From Bacteroidales bacterium (lineage in GTDB: Bacteria > Bacteroidota > Bacteroidia > Bacteroidales > PUMT01): a stretch of 39,640 bases of DNA. Shown one piece after another: positions 34,637 to 39,640 of the stretch (positions are counted from its first letter, which is position 1; each line of letters begins with the position of its first letter). The notes under the pieces were generated by a model that worked only from the letters and a program-made list of their open reading frames with translations, made no database searches and was not told the DNA's origin. The stretch spans positions 1 through 39,640 of the forward strand of contig SLRB01000129.1 in NCBI GenBank assembly GCA_007131165.1. Reading direction: 5' to 3'. A program made the position numbers and the translations under genes.

Positions 34637-36427
34637 GTGCAGCACACCAGGAACTTTTGTATTATAGCTCATATTGACCACGGTAAGAGCACCCTGGCCG
34701 ACCGACTCCTGGAGATGACCAAAACCGTTTCTGCGCGTGATGCCAGGGATCAGGTTCTCGACAGCATGGACCTTGAGCGGGAGAGGGGTATAACGATAAA
34801 GTCACATGCAATCCAGATGGACTATCTCTACAATGGGGTTATGTACAAGCTTAACCTTATAGATACTCCGGGGCATGTCGATTTTTCATACGAGGTTTCA
34901 AGATCAATTGCTTCCTGTGAAGGAGCATTGCTGATAATTGATGCCACACAGGGAATCCAGGCGCAAACCATATCAAACTTATATCTTGCGCTTGAGCACG
35001 ACCTGGAGATCATACCCGTGTTGAACAAGATGGATCTCGATGCTGCAAAACCCGATGAGGTGAAAGACCAGATCGTCGACCTGCTGGGATGTGACCCTGG
35101 CGAGATAATCGAGGCAAGCGGGAAAACAGGCATGGGAGTTGAAAAAATACTTGCCAGCATAATTGAAAAGATCCCGGCACCAACAGGGGATCCCGATGCA
35201 CCTTTGCAGGCACTCATCTTTGATTCAGTATTCAACCCGTTTAGGGGAATTATCGCTTATTTCAGGATAATGAACGGGAAAATGAGGACGAACGACCGGG
35301 TTAAATTTGTTGCAACCGGCAGGGAATATGATGCCGACGAGATAGGTGTACTCAGACTTACCCAGCATCCCAGGGAAGAGCTGTCGGCCGGCGATGTAGG
35401 GTATATCATATCGGGAATCAAAACATCACGTGAGGTAAAGGTTGGTGATACGGTGACACATGTAGACCGGCCATGCAGTTCGGTCATTGAGGGCTTTGAA
35501 AATGTTAAGCCAATGGTGTTCGCAGGAATATACCCGATTGACCCTGATGATTATGAAGAGCTGAGAACTTCCATTGAAAAATTGCAGTTAAATGATGCCT
35601 CATTAACCTTTGAGCCCGAATCCTCAGTTGCCCTGGGCTTCGGATTCAGGTGCGGATTCCTTGGCCTTCTTCATCTTGAAATTGTACAGGAGAGGCTTGA
35701 CAGGGAGTTTGACATGGGGGTTATCTCAACTGTGCCCAATGTTTCATACCGGGCCTATACCAAAAAGAACGAGGTTATCGAAGTGCACAACCCCTTTGAT
35801 CTCCCGGGTCCTAATGAGCTTGACCATATCGAAGAGCCTTATATCAAAGCTCAGATAATATCCAAGTCAGAGTACGTTGGATCGGTGATGAACCTGTGTA
35901 TTGCCAAAAGAGGAATATTGAAGGGGCAGCATTATCTTACAAGCGACAGGGCGGAGCTGACTTTCGAGATGCCGCTTGGCGAGATAGTTTTTGATTTCTA
36001 TGATAAATTAAAGAGTATATCACGGGGATATGCCTCTTTTGATTATTACCAGTCGGGATATAAGCCCTCGAATTTGGTGAGGCTTGATATACTCCTTAAC
36101 GGCGAATCTGTTGATGCCCTTTCAAGCCTTTCCCACAAGGACAATGCCTATGATTTCGGCAAGAAGATGTGCACAAAGCTTAAGGAGCTTATCCCCCGCC
36201 AGCAGTTCGATATAGCCATTCAGGCAGCTATCGGGGCTAAAATAATTGCACGTGAGACGGTAAAGGCCCTGCGCAAGGATGTGACTGCCAAATGTTACGG
36301 TGGCGACATTACCCGTAAGAGGAAACTTCTTGAAAAGCAGAAAAAAGGAAAAAAGAGGATGAGGCAGGTAGGCAATGTAGAAGTGCCGCAGCAGGCTTTC
36401 CTTGCTGTTCTTAAGCTCGATTCCTGA
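34637..36427 (+). CDS. lepA: Translation elongation factor 4 (LepA)
   Basis: IRNF-type N-terminus ([22 protein letters not shown]), [13 protein letters not shown] and the LepA-specific C-terminal domain ([24 protein letters not shown]). GTG is the only possible start, because an in-frame TAA lies at 34622-34624. Confidence 0.95.
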   Translation: MQHTRNFCIIAHIDHGKSTLADRLLEMTKTVSARDARDQVLDSMDLERERGITIKSHAIQMDYLYNGVMYKLNLIDTPGHVDFSYEVSRSIASCEGALLIIDATQGIQAQTISNLYLALEHDLEIIPVLNKMDLDAAKPDEVKDQIVDLLGCDPGEIIEASGKTGMGVEKILASIIEKIPAPTGDPDAPLQALIFDSVFNPFRGIIAYFRIMNGKMRTNDRVKFVATGREYDADEIGVLRLTQHPREELSAGDVGYIISGIKTSREVKVGDTVTHVDRPCSSVIEGFENVKPMVFAGIYPIDPDDYEELRTSIEKLQLNDASLTFEPESSVALGFGFRCGFLGLLHLEIVQERLDREFDMGVISTVPNVSYRAYTKKNEVIEVHNPFDLPGPNELDHIEEPYIKAQIISKSEYVGSVMNLCIAKRGILKGQHYLTSDRAELTFEMPLGEIVFDFYDKLKSISRGYASFDYYQSGYKPSNLVRLDILLNGESVDALSSLSHKDNAYDFGKKMCTKLKELIPRQQFDIAIQAAIGAKIIARETVKALRKDVTAKCYGGDITRKRKLLEKQKKGKKRMRQVGNVEVPQQAFLAVLKLDS

Positions 36428-36531
36428 GTAATCGTCTATCCGGTTTTTTGTTAAAATCCTTCACGGAACTATCGCTGAGTGGAAAAATGGGTTATATTTA
36501 TCTCTTCGATTAACCAATAAAACCCATTACA

Positions 36532-36987
36532 ATGAGAAAGTTCACTACTTTTTTTTGCATCATGTTCATAGCAGCTTCTGCTGCCAAGGCCCAGTCTGAC
36601 CGGATCGTGGGCTACTGGCTTACAGATGAGGGGCAGTCACAGATAGAAATATACAAGGTTGACGGAAATAAGTATAACGGCAGGATAGTGTGGCTGGAGG
36701 AGCCCCTCGAAGATGACGGGACTCACAAGGTCGACAAGGAAAACCCTGACAGGTCTCTCAGGAACCGGAGGTTGCAGGGACTTGAGATTCTGGCAGGATT
36801 TACATATAACTCATCAAAACAGGAGTGGGAAGGAGGTCGCATTTATGATCCGGAGAACGGCCGGACATACGATGCCTTCATGCGGCTTGACGGGCATAAC
36901 ACTTTAAAACTCAGGGGTTATGTGATGGGGATGCGGTGGCTTGGCCGGACAACCGACTGGACACGGGAGCGTTCTCTCAGGGAATAG
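36532..36987 (+). CDS. DUF2147 domain protein (secreted)
   Basis: Signal peptide, then GYWLTDEGQSQIEIYK..GKYNGRIVWL, GG.IYDPENGRTYDA and TLKLRGY: the characteristic DUF2147 pattern. Confidence 0.7.
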   Translation: MRKFTTFFCIMFIAASAAKAQSDRIVGYWLTDEGQSQIEIYKVDGNKYNGRIVWLEEPLEDDGTHKVDKENPDRSLRNRRLQGLEILAGFTYNSSKQEWEGGRIYDPENGRTYDAFMRLDGHNTLKLRGYVMGMRWLGRTTDWTRERSLRE

Positions 36988-37015
36988 TTTATTGCCGGCA
37001 CTACACTCGGGCAAT

Positions 37016-37143
37016 CCTTTGGTACCCGGATTCAGGTGATCCTTTAGTACCCGGATTCAGGCGGCCCTGCCATAAATATCCAGGCGGCAGCGCCGCATAG
37101 GTGTTCCGGCGATCCTGCCGCACCGGTATTCAGGCGGCCCTGC
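37016..37143. repeat. Degenerate 25-nt tandem repeat, about 5 units
   Basis: Units start at 37016, 37041, 37066, about 37091, 37114 and 37139 (partial). The first two units match at 21 of 25 positions (CCTTTGGTACCCGGATTCAGGTGAT and CCTTTAGTACCCGGATTCAGGCGGC). The unit at 37114 matches the second at 19 of 25. The shared core is TTCAGGCGGC followed by CCT. Confidence 0.7.
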
Positions 37144-37147
37144 TTTA

Positions 37148-38215
37148 TCAGTATTTCAGCACCATCGCGATCTGATTGTACTTTGACAGGGAACCGTTTT
37201 CTGCAAATACTACCCGCCCTCCTGTAGAAATAACCTTTTCGGCAATATCATCAACCAGGTCATCTGTTGTACCCCTGACACCGTGGGTTTCAACCAGGGT
37301 GATAGCATCGCCGTTATTGTTTACCTGCGCTGATTGCTGATAGTCCTCTTCAACCACGAGCAACTCGCCCCTGCCCTCAAGGGCAAGCTTCCACACCTCT
37401 TCAATTCCGGTAACAAGCCTTTTTCTTCCTATTGCCTCGTCAAGCCTCTGCAGCACCTTCATACGTTTTTCGGCCATTTTATTCTTTACTTCGGGCCAGA
37501 CAAGCGAAGCCAGCTCATGAGGTGCGGTATTGTCGTAATTGCCTTCCAGGGTCAGCAGTATATTACCGGCAAGCCCGGAAACCTCCTTGTACAGCGCAAG
37601 GTTCTTCTCAACGCCTGTCAGTACTATCTGCATCGGGTGCTGATGTTGTATCTGCAGGAATGATCTGTCGACCATATGGAAAAACTCCCTTAGACGAGCT
37701 TCTTTCCAGTAGGTTGATTCCTCAAGGTTTGTGCCTCTTGGGAATGGATTTGCAAATGGGAACCCCCCTTCAATGATCTCAGAGAATTTATCTCTGTAGG
37801 CCTCGAAAAGCCTGATAAAGCCTGCACTTAAAGAAAGGGTGTAATAATTGATACCCCTGTTTATGGCCCTGATAAGATCGCGGGTGGCGAAGCTTTCGTC
37901 GATAATTATCCTTTCCCTTACGGGGAAGGGAAGCCGGACGACCTTTTCGAAATTCTTATTGACAAATATTGCCAGTCCGTCAAGATTTTGCCTTATATCT
38001 ATGGAAGAAATCGTTTTATTGAGTTTCTCCAATAAAGGGCTTATCTCTTTTCTGGAGAACTCTTCCCTGAGCCTCCTTTCTGCTTCCCTGGAGAGTTTTT
38101 TCAGCACCAAGGTGTCCTGCTTGCTGTCAGGGGCGGTTTTGTGGGTGGTCAGCAGGATTGAGACGTTGGGGTAATCAACCTGATTTTTGATAATCTTAAG
38201 CAGATTTCTTTCCAT
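37148..38215 (-). CDS. eRF1/Pelota-like protein (bacterial archaeo-eukaryotic release factor, baeRF-type), no GGQ
   Basis: 355 aa. The C-terminal third follows the eRF1/Pelota domain-3 pattern: LQRLDEAIGRKRLVTGIEEVWKLALEGRGELLVVEEDY ... DDLVDDIAEKVISTGGRVVFAENGSLSKYNQIAMVLKY. The N-terminal part (VSILLTTHKT..., DGLAIFVNKNFEKVVRLPFPV, YYTLSLS...RLFE) matches my memory of baeRF family proteins. Confidence 0.6.
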   Translation of the reverse strand: MERNLLKIIKNQVDYPNVSILLTTHKTAPDSKQDTLVLKKLSREAERRLREEFSRKEISPLLEKLNKTISSIDIRQNLDGLAIFVNKNFEKVVRLPFPVRERIIIDESFATRDLIRAINRGINYYTLSLSAGFIRLFEAYRDKFSEIIEGGFPFANPFPRGTNLEESTYWKEARLREFFHMVDRSFLQIQHQHPMQIVLTGVEKNLALYKEVSGLAGNILLTLEGNYDNTAPHELASLVWPEVKNKMAEKRMKVLQRLDEAIGRKRLVTGIEEVWKLALEGRGELLVVEEDYQQSAQVNNNGDAITLVETHGVRGTTDDLVDDIAEKVISTGGRVVFAENGSLSKYNQIAMVLKY

Positions 38216-38326
38216 TATGTTCTTTTTTGGTTGTCAATAAGTTCCCGGCCTGAAAAACCACTCGTCTCCTAAAAAAACTAACCATCTTGCAGAGGCAAAA
38301 TGGATGGACTTGGTTGTTAAGAATAT

Positions 38327-38334
38327 CAAATATA
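38327..38334 (-). promoter_or_regulatory. -7 promoter box TATATTTG (read on the minus strand) upstream of the eRF1-like gene
   Basis: Exact match to TAnnTTTG, about 112 nt upstream of the ATG at 38215. Confidence 0.35.
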
Positions 38335-38455
38335 AAATTACTCAAATTATTTCATAAGGTCAAAGCAGATAATGCAAAATCATTAATTGGTGAAGAGACT
38401 TTTACAATTATTTGTTACCTTTCATGCAGGATAAAACCAGTAACCCGATATTGGT

Positions 38456-39286
38456 ATGAGTATAGTGATCACCAGCACCGGTAATCCGGCAGTGAAATTT
38501 GCCCGGTCGCTGCAAAAGGCCTCAGTAAGAAAGAAGGAAGGCTTATTCCTGGTAGAAGGTATTCGCGAGATCAGGCTGGCTATGTTGGCAAATTACCGGT
38601 TTCACACCCTGTTTTATTGCCCGCAGATTGCCGAAAGATCACATATCCTGGCCAGCACCGGAAAATGTGAAGCCCCCGGCGATATTGCAGATGCCATGAC
38701 CGGCCAGTGCACGATAATTGAAACAGTGCCGGATGTTTTTGAAAAACTTGCATACCGTGAAAACAGCGGAGGTTTGCTGGCAATTGCCCTGCAAAAGAAG
38801 CAGGGTTTAAATGATATCAAATTAAGTGAAAACCCGCTGGTGCTGGTTGCAGAATCGGTCGAAAAGCCCGGTAACCTTGGGGCATTGCTCCGTACTGCCG
38901 ATGCTGCGGGTGTCGATGCCGTGCTGGTTTGCGACGCTGGTACCGATATTTACAATCCCAATACAGTAAGGTCAAGCCTTGGAACACTATTTACCCTGCC
39001 GGTAGTTGGCTGTTCGTCTGATGAAGCCGTAGAATGGCTGAAGGAATCATCTATCAAAATATTCACAACAGCACTTTCAGCTTCCAGGCCATATTATCAG
39101 GCCGATTTCAGAGGCCCTGCCGCGATTGTTGCAGGCGCTGAGGCCACCGGTGTATCGGCTGTTTGGGAGGATAATTCCGACTCCAATATTATCATACCCA
39201 TGTTTGGCATAGTAGATTCAATAAATGTATCTGCCGCGACATCAATCGTGCTGTATGAAGTATTACGGCAAAGAGGATTTGAGTGA
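38456..39286 (+). CDS. TrmH/SpoU-family RNA 2'-O-methyltransferase (RlmB-like, with an N-terminal substrate-binding domain)
   Basis: SPOUT motifs LVAESVEKPGNLGALLRTADAAG, IVAGAEATGVS and IPMFGIVDSINVSAATSIVLYE. The N-terminal FLVEGIREI region is L30e-like. Confidence 0.85.
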   Translation: MSIVITSTGNPAVKFARSLQKASVRKKEGLFLVEGIREIRLAMLANYRFHTLFYCPQIAERSHILASTGKCEAPGDIADAMTGQCTIIETVPDVFEKLAYRENSGGLLAIALQKKQGLNDIKLSENPLVLVAESVEKPGNLGALLRTADAAGVDAVLVCDAGTDIYNPNTVRSSLGTLFTLPVVGCSSDEAVEWLKESSIKIFTTALSASRPYYQADFRGPAAIVAGAEATGVSAVWEDNSDSNIIIPMFGIVDSINVSAATSIVLYEVLRQRGFE

Positions 39287-39622
39287 GCGAAGTAAAGGGT
39301 TCGGCCTGTCTGGCAAAGCTCTCCTTGATTCATATAGCCTGCTTTCTCAGGTCGCGGTAATTTCCCGGCAGAGCTTTGACTGAAAGGCATGTGTGATATT
39401 AAAATTCGCCTGGCGGGTCAACTCCCCGGGGTTATAGCCACCTTTTCTGGTGTTTGGTAATTCGATTTCAGCCAATATTTTACCGGGCAGGTTTTTTGAC
39501 CTGGATTAGCCGGGAGACCATTCTGGTCAGGAGATTTTTTGCAAATTCTTTCACAGCCGGATCAAATTATGAATGGTTCGATATTACGGGGTCAATATCG
39601 ACGCGAGTTGGGATTTATTTTT

Positions 39623-39630
39623 TAAATTTG
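39623..39630 (+). promoter_or_regulatory. -7 promoter box TAAATTTG at the window edge, for a gene that starts beyond the window
   Basis: Exact match to TAnnTTTG, 10 nt from the end of the window, after about 340 nt with no convincing ORF. Confidence 0.3.
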
Positions 39631-39640
39631 CACAAATTTC

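Noticed and set aside
37016-37143. Whether the tandem repeat could be a small CRISPR array.
   Set aside because: The units are directly adjacent with no spacers and are degenerate. The 25-nt period is shorter than a CRISPR repeat plus spacer, and there are no cas genes.

Overview
The window looks like a core-genome segment from a Bacteroidota-type bacterium. Three observations support that placement. TAnnTTTG '-7' promoter boxes sit 20-110 nt upstream of many start codons, there are no obvious Shine-Dalgarno sites, and the gene families present include an S46 dipeptidyl-peptidase, a DUF4837-like protein, DUF2147, and large double-FtsX permeases. All family calls come from reading motifs in the supplied translations; no searches were run.

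Most of the window is housekeeping: serS (3' fragment), ruvC, rnhB, rnhA, greA, a HIT protein, dxr, rseP, tatA, lepA, lplA, a TrmH-family methyltransferase and an initiator tRNA-Met. Envelope genes are interspersed: an EamA transporter, an S41 peptidase, a Wzx-like flippase, a GT4 glycosyltransferase, an M23 peptidase and several lipoproteins. I saw no CRISPR array, rRNA, transposase or integrase.

I did not find a clear-cut new multi-gene system. The regions most worth a second look are:
1. 37148-38215: a stand-alone eRF1/Pelota-like (baeRF-type) protein with no GGQ motif. A degenerate 25-nt tandem repeat fills its 3' spacer, and it is divergent from the TrmH methyltransferase.
2. 10791-20653: four tandem, diverged double-FtsX (MacB-type) permease paralogs with no ABC ATPase anywhere in the window.
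3. 21343-22686: a 1.34-kb ORF-poor region between a TetR gene and an orphan XylF-like sugar-binding lipoprotein. It carries a perfect 17-bp palindrome, repeated motifs and a 43-codon lipoprotein ORF that falls below the ORF-track length cutoff.
4. 26156-26194: an intrinsic-terminator-like hairpin between the predicted greA promoter and the greA start.
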